64,000 bases of DNA from Phaeosaccion multiseriatum (Eukaryota > Protista > Ochrophyta, other classes): positions 4,092,001 through 4,156,000 of the forward strand of contig OZ218954.1 of the NCBI GenBank assembly GCA_965112735.1. Reading direction: 5' to 3'. Within the stretch, counting starts at the first letter, position 1; each line of letters starts with the position of its first letter. Position numbers and translations under genes: made by a program. A model generated the notes under the pieces. The model did no database searches and was not told the origin of the DNA. It saw nothing but the letters and a program-made list of their open reading frames with translations. Below are positions 1-9,311 of this stretch, in pieces.

Positions 1-154
1 AGGCGGCCTCGTTTGGTGTCTGGTGCGAGGCAATCAACGGCAGCTGCTATGTGAGTATGCCTCTCACAGCCGAAGCAAGCGAAAGAATAAGAAGCACACA
101 CCAACCGCTTCTCCGCCCCAATTAACTCACCCGTCTTATTAGCTGGCTGGCTTG

Positions 155-1686
155 CTACTGTATCATGACCACCGTCTCGAAGCCAACTTCCTCTAAGTTC
201 ACCGCCAACCGCACTCCCTCCCCAAATACAATGTCATCATCGTCTTCCCCCGTGTAGGGTAGCACAGTCGGCCCCTCCCAGTAGGAGGCCACTGCCGGCA
301 TCTCGGGGCAGCTCTGTGCAGGCAGGCCGAGCTCCGAGCACTCCTCAGCGGCGTTGCTGTGAGCGGCACGGGAGGGAGAGATTGGTGGGACGGTGAGTTG
401 TAAGACGTCCACAGCGACTCCAAAGGGACCAGGCAGAGGAGAAGGCCGTGCGGAGTGAAGGGAAGCAGGTCGGGGCAGTGAAGGTGAGCGAAGGGGAGAA
501 CCAAACGCAAGAAGAGAATGAAGTAACCAATGAAGGTGAAATTCCCGCGAAGAGCAGGGCCAGTGGGCACGCCCAGAGAGAAAGAGGGAGAGCGCATTCA
601 ACAAGAAAGCCTTTTGCGCGTGCTGAGCGGCATCAGGAGACGATCAGCCCCTCCCCAACCCCCCCGTGTTGTGTGACGGGGACACTGCACTGTGCTCACC
701 ATGCATCCTCTTCCTCCGAGATGCAGCACGACGTGGCAGTCTCGGCACTTAAATATGAGGTGCGCTCCTGCAGAGGATCAGACAAAGAGGTTGAGCGGCG
801 TGCGTGCGTGGCGGCAACAGACAGACACTTCACTCGTCATTCGTAAGCACCCCCCCATCAATGGAGAGAGGCAGGCAGTAAGCAAGCACTTGCGTACTCC
901 AGGCCCGTGCCAGCGAACCGCTTGGCGAAGTATTCTCCTCACCAGCGCTTGGCAGGCCCGTGCGGTTTCGCAAGTCACTCGAGAGTGACCCTGGGCACTG
1001 ATGGAAGAGCAAGAAGCTTCGCCACTGCACATCGCACTCGCGCAGCACGAATCGGAGTCCTGTCTTCCCTCTCCTTGCAGAGACTCGCACAGGTTGATAC
1101 CCTGGGGAGCGGAGCACGAGACGCACGAAAAGCAACAGTCAGTTTCAGGAGGCAGAAGCCAGTACGGGGCGGAAGAGCGAGCACGAGCGAGAGAGCAGAG
1201 CCGCGTATCGGAATTTTGTAACACTCAGCAATGCTTCTTCGTCTCTCTCACCATGCAGCTGTTTGGTCCCCGGCACAAAGCGGTGGACTGATTCAGAAGA
1301 GCTGCGCGATAGCATGCGTAATCGCCCTCACAAGCCACACGTGAAGTCCCGCTGAAGGTGGGAAGGTCACAGCTGTCCTCCCCGCTGCAGACCACGTTAC
1401 AGTTCTCAAACGTCTTGAAGGAGGGCTCGGGGTCCCACACGCTACTGCAGGCATTGGAATCTGCCCCCTCTGCCGTGGGCAGGAAGGGGGCGGAGCAGAC
1501 AAAGCTCCTGTCCTCCGTGGGGTCGCAGGCGCACGTTTCGTACAGGCCACGAATGGTCGCGTCCTCCCGATACGCGTTAGCATCTCCGGTGAAGCGCACG
1601 CACGCCTCTTTGAAGCTGAGGCTGCTGCCTCCCCCGCTGAGAGGGGCAAGGCCGAGCGCTGACAGCCCCAGCTTCAAGCCAATCAT
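155..1686 (-). CDS. Cysteine-rich, probably secreted protein of unknown function (4 exons, ~287 aa)
   Basis: Exons 1686-1252, 1101-943, 767-700 and 356-155 splice in frame via GT-AG (435+159+68+202=864 nt). Hydrophobic N-terminus MIGLKLGLSALGLAPLS. Recurrent C-x-G-x-x-(S/A)-C motifs: CSGEDSC, CEGDYAC, CRGPNSC, CSGEASC, CETARAC. Confidence 0.65.
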
Positions 1687-2849
1687 GATTCACACGTAGT
1701 CTGCCCTGGAGCTTAGCGAGAGCGACGTGTGCGGGGGGAGTGGAAGAGACCTGATGGAGGGATGAAAGTGGGAGGGGGGAAGCAAATCAGCACCAACCTC
1801 GATTCCCCTGCGATTCGACAAGGATAGAGGGTCCTCGCGGTCGTGCTACAGAGATAAAAAATAGAAGTACGAGATAGAATGCCAAGATGAACGGGAGCGC
1901 GTATATTGCAGCGAGCTTCCCTGAACTCCCCCTCAGCAGGCGCAAAAACGCAGCGCCTGGCTGCCTGCAAAATAGACTTACCTTTGCCTGCTCCAAGGAT
2001 CTTGGTCGTGCGGGTGAGAGACCTTGTGAGGGGGATAAAGCGCAATGGCAGCTCTGGGGGAGCAGAGCTCGTGTGTGTCGTTAATTTTGTAGTGGTGTTT
2101 TGCTCTTCCCCCCAACAGGCAAGAATTAGCGCGAACTGGTTGTCCAAACTTGCGTCGCCAGCCTGTATTCTCCTCCCCCCTTTTTCCCTTATCATTCTTG
2201 GGGAAAAAATAGGCAAGTGAAAAGGCTATAAGAGCGGTATCGACCTGCACCTTACAGACCCAGTATACACTATCCTTGTCTAAGGTCTACAGCTCTTTGC
2301 GCCCAAAAAATGGCTATTTTCTTCTGCTTGGTTTTGCGCGGTCATATGGGGTGGGAGGGGGGTGGACTTGGTGGGTGGGGGGTTGGGGGATGGAGACCAA
2401 GGGCAATGCAGTGAGAGAAGCACAGAGAGAGAGAGTGAAAGAGGGAGAGGGACAGAGAGTGAGAGGGAGATGGAGAGAGGGAGAAAAAGAGACGGTCTGA
2501 CTGCGAGAAAGAGCAAACCGTAGAGGTGTATGGGGAGAGGAGGCTGTGAATGGGACACACACCGCTTACCAACTCCTGCAGCCCCAGCCAGGGGGGGGGG
2601 CTTAGTCAGGCTCGTCGCGTAGAGAGTCATACTTAGCGGTACATTCTGTAACTGTTGCTTATGTTGCCCTCCAATTTTTTGTGTCTTTACATTGAAAGAA
2701 ATCGATAGGAGATAGCCATTCAACAGGAGACCTACCACTGGGAGCAAGGCTGTGGTAGTGCATGCACTCTCTAAACCCGTTGAGTATTGTCGCGCTTTAG
2801 CACAGGACACGCACCCACGCACGCACCCGCTCACTCACTTCCTCCCTCA

Positions 2850-3239
2850 TTCACGTCCTCAACCATGTGATGAAGCGGGCACTGAGCTCCGACGGCACGC
2901 GATATATGAGAGGGTCTTGCTGGAACTGCAGCAATCGCTTTCCAGGCCGGGGGCAGCCAGCGCAGGAGGGTGCACCACCCGCCCTAGTGAGTTTCTGACT
3001 GACTGCCCTCCCCTCCCCTCTTGGACCCTCACAAGTGCTGCTTGCTCTGTTAGCGCAGTGCTCGATGCAACGAATCTGCGCAAGATGACGGACACAGCGG
3101 CGCGGGTTCCGGCGTACGCACACCGCAGACCCTCCGGAGGCCTGACGGTGTACGACGCGGTGGCCAAGGGCATGGAGGAGGTCAACCTCGGCAGCAGGAC
3201 CATCAGCACCAAGCAGTGCCTCTCCTGGTTCAACTTCAG
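2850..3239 (+). pseudogene. Orphan exon fragments of an unrelated gene
   Basis: Coding-like ...ERVLLELQQSL...RPS then GTGAGT, and ...LTVYDAVAKGMEEVNLGSRTISTKQCLSWFNFR then GTGGGT. The following intron is fused to the decapitated stub. Only the 3' part survives in copy 2 (~13913-14034). Confidence 0.35.
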
Positions 3240-3386
3240 GTGGGTGGGATGGCAGTGAATGGAGGAGGCGGAGGAGGAGGATGGCAGTGGATGGGATGGA
3301 GCGGATGGAGAAAGATGATGGCAGTGGATGGAGGTGGAGGATGGCATTGGACCATGAAGTGTGAGTGTGTGACTCTACACGCGTAC

Positions 3387-3424
3387 AAGGCCAGGAGGGC
3401 GGTGCCGAAGAAGGAGAAGCGCAT
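3387..3424 (-). pseudogene. Decapitated family member: start of signal peptide only (MRFSFFGTALLA)
   Basis: 38 bp nearly identical to 34064-34101, with the family upstream motif at ~3479-3492. Homology stops abruptly at unrelated sequence. Confidence 0.7.
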
Positions 3425-3834
3425 GTGATGTCGGGGGGTTGCAAAGATATACTTAATACGCGCCGCGCAGCATCTCGAGCAGTTGGGGCTTTGGACTCAC
3501 AGAATTGTTGACTTACTGGAACCTTTTTTCGATCGGAGCTGATTCCAAGGCGGCTCAAGAGTGGCTCAAACTAAGATTCACAAGCGGCTTAAACGGCTGG
3601 TCATTCGTGCCTCAAGTCTCACTCAACTGCGAAAGCACACTTTCATTTTTAGAGAGAGTGATAAAGCTACAATAACCATGGTGGTAGGAGAGGGTCTTGA
3701 TGTCTCACGGGTCGTCCTCTGGAGCAAGGCAACACTTCTACATCAGAGGAATAGACACCAGCTGATGACATGGCCTTCCATTAATAGATACGAGCAATTT
3801 AATCTGTCAATAAAGAGTTTTCGACCTTACCACT

Positions 3835-5500
3835 TCACCACCACTTTCCCTTTCCCTTGCCGCCCTTCTGTGAGTGACAAGCGACAAGAGCGGAGCGAAG
3901 AGAGGGAGGTGCGTGAGTGAAAAGTGGTGAGAGAGATACAGAGAGACGCATGGCAGGCACAACGTACCCTTCCTTTTCCCTTGCCGCCCTTCTGTGAGTG
4001 AAAGCAACAAGAGAGGGAGGTGTGTGAGTAAGACCTGTGAGAATATGACAGAGAGAGGATAGAAGGAAGAGGCGGAACAGACCTTTCTTTTGCGATGCTT
4101 CTTTCCCTTCTTGTTCTGATGATAAAGTGAGAGAGAGTGAAGGAGAAGTAGGAGGTGGGTGAGTGACAATCTAGACACAATCAAGAAAAGCGAGAGGATA
4201 GAAGGAGCGGAACACACCTTTCTCTTGCGATGCTTCTTTCCCTTGGACTTGTCCTTGGAAGAATCCTTGCTGTCCTTGGAGGAATCCTTGCTGTCCGAGA
4301 AATCCTTGCTGACAGATGCTACTGTCCACACAGGCTGAGGCGTGGGCTTTGGAGTGGTTGGGGGAGGGGAGGAAAAAGAGGGGGTTGTGGGGTGAGGGGA
4401 GGAGGAAGGAGCAAAGGTAGAGAGAGAGGCTGAGCAGGATACATGAGGAGGCTGGTCTTCTTCATTTGAAGCAGCACGAGGTGCCTGTGCCACGGGCAAA
4501 GCATGGAGTCTCTCGAGGCAGTGAATGCATACATCATACCTTTGCGGTCCACACAGGCGTGGGAGCGGGAGGGACTGGGGCTGGACAGGCGTAGACGTCA
4601 AGTCCGTGGTAGGTGCCGGGCGCACGGCAGCCACCAGGGGCTCCAACACAGCCGTCGGCGGAGTAGTCATCCTGACACTCGCCAGTGGTGTCGGTAGCAA
4701 AGTTGCACTCCGGACGGTGCGGGTTGAGGCCTCCCTCCCTGCAGCAGACGTAGCAGGAGGACATAGGGGCAGGGGTCGGAGCCACGGGAGGGTCCGTCCA
4801 GGTAGGCTTGGGCGTGGGAGGAGCCCTCCAGATAGGCGCAGGAGTGGGTACGTATGTGGGCGCCTTGGTGGGCTGTTGTCGGAGGAGCGAGAGCCGAAAG
4901 ATTGCAACAGATGCGTGAAGTGGCGCCGCGGGGAGGTGGAGTGGGAGGGGTGAGGAGAAAGTACAGGCCGGGCGAGGTTTAGCGGTAAGCACCAAGACGA
5001 GGTTTCCTTCATTGTAGTCTAGCGGGAATGCGACGAGCATCGGTGCCTCTGAGGAAGTAAATTCTGACCTTGTAGGTGGGTGCCGGAGTAGGGTGCATCG
5101 TCGGGGTGTACGGCGTGTTGTTGATGGGAGAGGGGCGGCCGGAGGGTGGCAAGAGATGCGAGGCACACGTAAAGTGCCGCACGAAGTGGAACGACGAGGG
5201 GAGGAGGAACAGGCAGAGGCAGAGGGGATCTTAAAAGCGGGGGCTTCTGGTCTTGCTTCTTTTACGGTAGCACAGGAAGCACATGGGCCTCTTGGACCAT
5301 TGCTGCCTTACCTTCATGGTAGGTGCGGGGGTAGTCCCCGTCCAGACAGGCGCGGGAGTGGGTCTAGACCAGTACCGGCGCCACGGTGACGACCTCAAAC
5401 TCCTGCGCTCAGGGTCGCGCTCACTCGGCTCGTCGTTGGCGATGGCCTGGTGCATGACCAAGAAGGCCAGCAGGGCGGTCACGAGGAAGGAGAGCCGCAT
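3835..5500 (-). CDS. Short paralogue of the repeat-protein gene: secreted protein with a Cys-rich module in place of the array
   Basis: Exon 5500-5312: MRLSFLVTALLAFLVMHQAIANDEPSERDPERRSLRSSPWRRYWSRPTPAPVWTGTTPAPTMK. Exon 4872-4540: PT-rich plus an 8-Cys segment SSCYVCCREG...YACP. Exon 4346-4218: SKDS block and KGKKHRKRK. Exon 4115-4083: NKKGKKHRKRK. Exon 3991-3968: KGGKGKGR. Exon 3867-3835: KGGKGKGKWW*. All phase-0 GT-AG. An alternative ATG lies at 5509. Confidence 0.8.
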
Positions 5501-7138
5501 GATGCTCATGTGATGACTTTTGACCTTGAGAGGCTTGTGTGTCTTTACAAGGAGTTGTCCCCTGCCTCCCTTAACGCCATGCCGGCCCAAAATTTTGCTT
5601 TAGCGACTCTTCTTGGGCAGTTGGCACTTCGGTGACTGGGGGCATTGGGAAATTGGGGCTTGGGTCGATGAGTTTGGGGGGCGGGGAGCAGGGGCTGGGG
5701 CAGCAGCAGGCGCAGCAGCAGCAAAGAGAGTCGCCCCTCTCACCCCCTCCTCCGCCTCGAACGGAGGGGCAGCAGCAGGCGCAGCAGCAGGCAGACCATC
5801 TCAAGGGATTGCTTGGGCTTGGGCTCGGGCTCGGCGGAGGAGGAGAAGGAGGGGTGGAGGAGGGGTAGAGGGGCAGGAGAAGATGGGATGGGGGCTCGTC
5901 CACGCCCCCTTTCCTTCTTGCACCTCATGCAAGTGGTCAAGGTCAGGGTCAGAGTCAGCCGCCGCCGCCACCGCCGCCGCAGCAGCAGCTGACCCCTCAA
6001 TAGCAGCAGCAGCAACAGATGAGTGTTTCTGCAGCAGCTCCAGGGGGGGATGGGAATGGGCATGGTGCCGCCCGAGATGCCACCACCACCACAGCAACAG
6101 GGGAGAGAGCGAGGGAGGGGCATGCAGGAGGTGGTGCTGCTGCGGGAGCGCCGTCCATCGACTTTGGCATTGCCCCCACGCCCGCAGATTGTAGGGGCAA
6201 GGGAGGAGGAGGCATGCAAGGCAAGCAAGGCAAGGCCAAGGGCGACGCAGCAGAGGCGGTGACGGCACCCAACGGGGCTGCTGCCGCTGCAACTGTGGCG
6301 GCCCCGAGGAGGGCCTCCCTCTCGAGCGGAGGCCTCATGATCCCGAGCAAGGCTCTGCTGAGAGCGAAGAGAGCCTCCACGCCTGCTTCTGCGAGTGCCC
6401 CTGCTACCACCACTGCTCCGACGCGTGAGAGAGATTCTTGCGGAGTGGAATTGGGGAGGGGGTGACATCCAGACATCCACGCAGGGGTCCGGGAAGGCGG
6501 AGGGAAGAACGGGGGCGGGTATCGAGGAGGAAGAAGGAAGCGGTATGGCAGAGGGAAGGTGGCACTGTTGCAAAGGTTTGCTTGGGAGGGAGTACGCGAC
6601 GGAAGCCGAGTGGTGGACTGATTGCAGGGAGGGAAGATGCGAAAGAGGTGGGCGGGTGAGCGAGAGAGAGGAAGGGAGGCGTAGAGCGAGGAGAGAGCTG
6701 GGGCCAGAGCGAGTTGGGGCAAGGTGACTGTGAACGACGGAGAGCGAGATGTTGAGAGAACTGAGGGGACGGCACGCGCGGTATTATCGGGGGTGTCTAG
6801 GTGAAAGTTTGCGTCAGTGACAGAATGCGAAGCAAGCGGAGCTCGTCAGCAAGACCTTGTTGTACGTGCATCTCAGAGGGGGAGAGGAAGCGAGGCGGAG
6901 AGCGACGAGGGGACGGGGGCAGAAAGAGACGTGACTGAGGCAGTTTGTGCGAGAGAGAGAGAGAGAGTGACACAGCTGAAGGGAAGGCCCGGGGAACGGT
7001 CGTCGAGCGATAGGGAGGGGAGACGTGAGGAGTGGAAACGACGAAGCAAGGGCTGCGGAACGCCGGAACCACACACACGCACACACACACACGGGGTGCG
7101 AAGCAAGCGCGTGGCAGCAGCTCAATAAGAATATTCAA

Positions 7139-7995
7139 TTGACGTCACTGTAGCTCACACTTCTCAGGGAATGTGCCTAATGCACACGCCTCCGCTTCGG
7201 GCCCAGCTGAGACACCCTTCTGTTCTGCACTGCTTCTTCACTCGCGGGGGGGGGGGGGAAGCAGTGCAGCACAGAAGGCTGTGTCAGCTGGGCCCGAAGA
7301 GGAGGCGTGTGTAGTTGACGTCACTGTAGCTCACACTTCTCAGGGAATGTGCCTGGCGTGCGTAGTTGACGTCACTGTAGCTCACACTTCTCAGGCTTCG
7401 CCCCGTGCCTAATGCACACGCCTCCGCTTCGGGCCCAGCTGAGACACCCTTCTGTTCTGCACTGCTTCTTCACTCGCGGGGGGGGGGGAGCAGTGCAGCA
7501 CAGAAGGCTGTGTCAGCTGGGCCCGAAGAGGAGGCGTGTGTAGTTGACGTCACTGTAGCTCACACTTCTCAGGGAATGTGCCTGGCGTGCGTAGTTGACG
7601 TCACTGTAGCTCACACTTCTCAGGCTTCGCCCCGTGCCTAATGCACACGCCTCCGCTTCGGGCCCAGCTGAGACACCCTTCTGTTCTGCACTGCTTCTTC
7701 ACTCGCGGGGGGGGGGGGAAGCAGTGCAGCACAGAAGGCTGTGTCAGCTGGGCCCGAAGAGGAGGCGTGTGTAGTTGACGTCACTGTAGCTCACACTTCT
7801 CAGGGAATGTGCCTGGCGTGCGTAGTTGACGTCACTGCAGCTCACACTTCTCAGGCTTCGCCCCGTGCCTAATGCACACGCCTCCGCTTCGGGCCCAGCT
7901 GAGACACCCTTCTGTTCTGCACTGCTTCTTCACTCGCGGGGGGGGGGGGAAGCAGTGCAGCACAGAAGGCTGTGTCAGCTGGGCCCGAAGCGGAG
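7139..7995. repeat. Tandem repeat (~230-bp unit, ~4 copies), each unit containing a ~55-bp-arm inverted repeat and TGACGTCA-bearing 30-mers
   Basis: Hairpins start at 7181, 7413, 7642 and 7873. The arm TGCACACGCCTCCGCTTCGGGCCCAGCTGAGACACCCTTCTGTTCTGCACTGCTTC pairs with GAAGCAGTGCAGCACAGAAGGCTGTGTCAGCTGGGCCCGAAGAGGAGGCGTGTGTA across a poly-G loop. There are 7 copies of TTGACGTCACTG(T/C)AGCTCACACTTCTCAGG. Confidence 0.92.
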
Positions 7996-9194
7996 GGCGC
8001 CTTCAAGATGCTGCTGGTGCTGCTGCTGCTGAGTCTAGCCTTCGTTTTGGCGGGGGTGGCGGCCAATGGGCCTGCCGGGCGCGGTGGTGTTGGCGACGTG
8101 GAGGAGGTGCTGCTGCTGCTGCTGCTGCTGCTGATGCGTTGGGCGATGATGGTGTACTCGGTTGTGTTGCATGATCCCCCTCCACCGAAGCTGCGGGTGC
8201 TGCCAAAGCGGGCAAAGGCAGGGAGCCACTGGAGGCCGATCATGGCGGCGCAGGCTGTCTCGATGGCCTCAAGGCAGAGAGTTTGGTTCTCCTTGAGGTT
8301 GGTGGCGTCTTCGTCCGAGGAGGTGTCGCCGTAGGCCGAGTGGAGCTCGCCAGCGTGGAAGATAGTGATGTAGTGGAGGGTGAAGTAGTCGGCGAGGCCC
8401 AGGTCCTTGGCGAGGCGGAGGAGGTGCTGCATCGGTCCGCTCGTGCGGTACACTAAAAGGCGGCCTCCCAAGTACCTGGTGCTGCCAAACTTGCCGCCGA
8501 GTGTGATGCCTTCTCCATCTGACACTTGCGAGTCGATGAGGTTCAGCACCTCGCGGCGCACTGTTTCAGTGTACTTCCCCTTCACCTCTTCCCTCAGCTC
8601 CCTGAGAACATCGCCCGATCCCCCTGCTTCACGCCCTGCGACAGATCGTCGCACAACCAGAGTAGAGTGTTCACGGAGAGCATGGCCCGCAGAGTGGCGA
8701 CGGCGTTGGCGTCATTGAGGGCCTGAACAAGCAAGCAAGACAGGAAGGTGTGTTACTTTTTGGTGGGAGGGGACAGTGTGCGTGTGTGTGTGTGTCATGC
8801 ACGCATAGTGAGTCATAGAGAGTCACAAACCCACCTTTACTCGCTCCATGACGTCGTCCACGAGCGGGTGCCGTTCCTCGTCCGAGAGACAAGCCTGCAG
8901 TGGGCTCCGCGGGTCAGGGTGGGGGTCGGTCAGGGCCGGCCAGGACTTGAAAGGCTGCTGAATCCGAATCGTAGGCGGCACTGCCGCCCCGTCACTTGGC
9001 GGGGCTCTCTCCCCCTCTGACTTGCTATTGTATGCAGCCCAGGAGGTGCGGTGCATCGAAGGCCCGCCTCCTCCTCCCGAGGACGCCTTGTCGTCGCCGC
9101 TGTCGTCTTCCTTATGTGCAGCGGACAAGCCAGCAACTGCTGGCGGTCGTGGCGAGGAGGCGGCCTCGTTTGGTGTCTGGTGCGAGGCAATCAA
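7869..9194 (-). CDS. Possible spliced gene or pseudogene of unknown function
   Basis: Coding-like segments 9194-8835 (ends AAG|GTGGG) and 8654-7869 (globular-looking EVKGKYTETVRREVLNLID...LADYFTLHYITIFHAGELH...). The obvious acceptor at ~8724 gives a frame that stops early, so a frameshift or other splicing is needed. The 3' end runs into the hairpin repeat. Confidence 0.3.
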
Positions 9195-9311
9195 CGGCAG
9201 CTGCTATGTGAGTATGCCTCTCACAGCCGAAGCAAGCGAAAGAATAAGAAGCACACACCAACCGCTTCTCCGCCCCAATTAACTCACCCGTCTTATTAGC
9301 TGGCTGGCTTG

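Larger units (their letters stand above)
1..4380 (+). repeat. Segmental duplication, copy 1 (continues off the left edge)
   Basis: Near-identical to 9158-~15330 (offset 9157 at the start, e.g. ORFs at 155 and 9312). It covers the Cys-rich gene, the stub and the 3' exons of the K/G-tail gene. Confidence 0.92.

Noticed and set aside
5390-5420. Bona fide oomycete RxLR-dEER effector
   Set aside because: RSLR is present but has no following dEER, the paralogues have RMLK and RELT, and the intron-rich gene structure and repeat content fit a structural secreted protein better.
5632-6880. Gene in the overlapping GC-rich ORFs (one stretch, EAGVEALFALSRALL, faintly recalls the end of a TBC domain)
   Set aside because: Low complexity, several competing frames and no convincing motif or complete structure; at most a gene fragment.
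7139-7995. Hammerhead ribozyme / retrozyme array
   Set aside because: I could not find the CUGAnGA...GAAA core in correct context on either strand.
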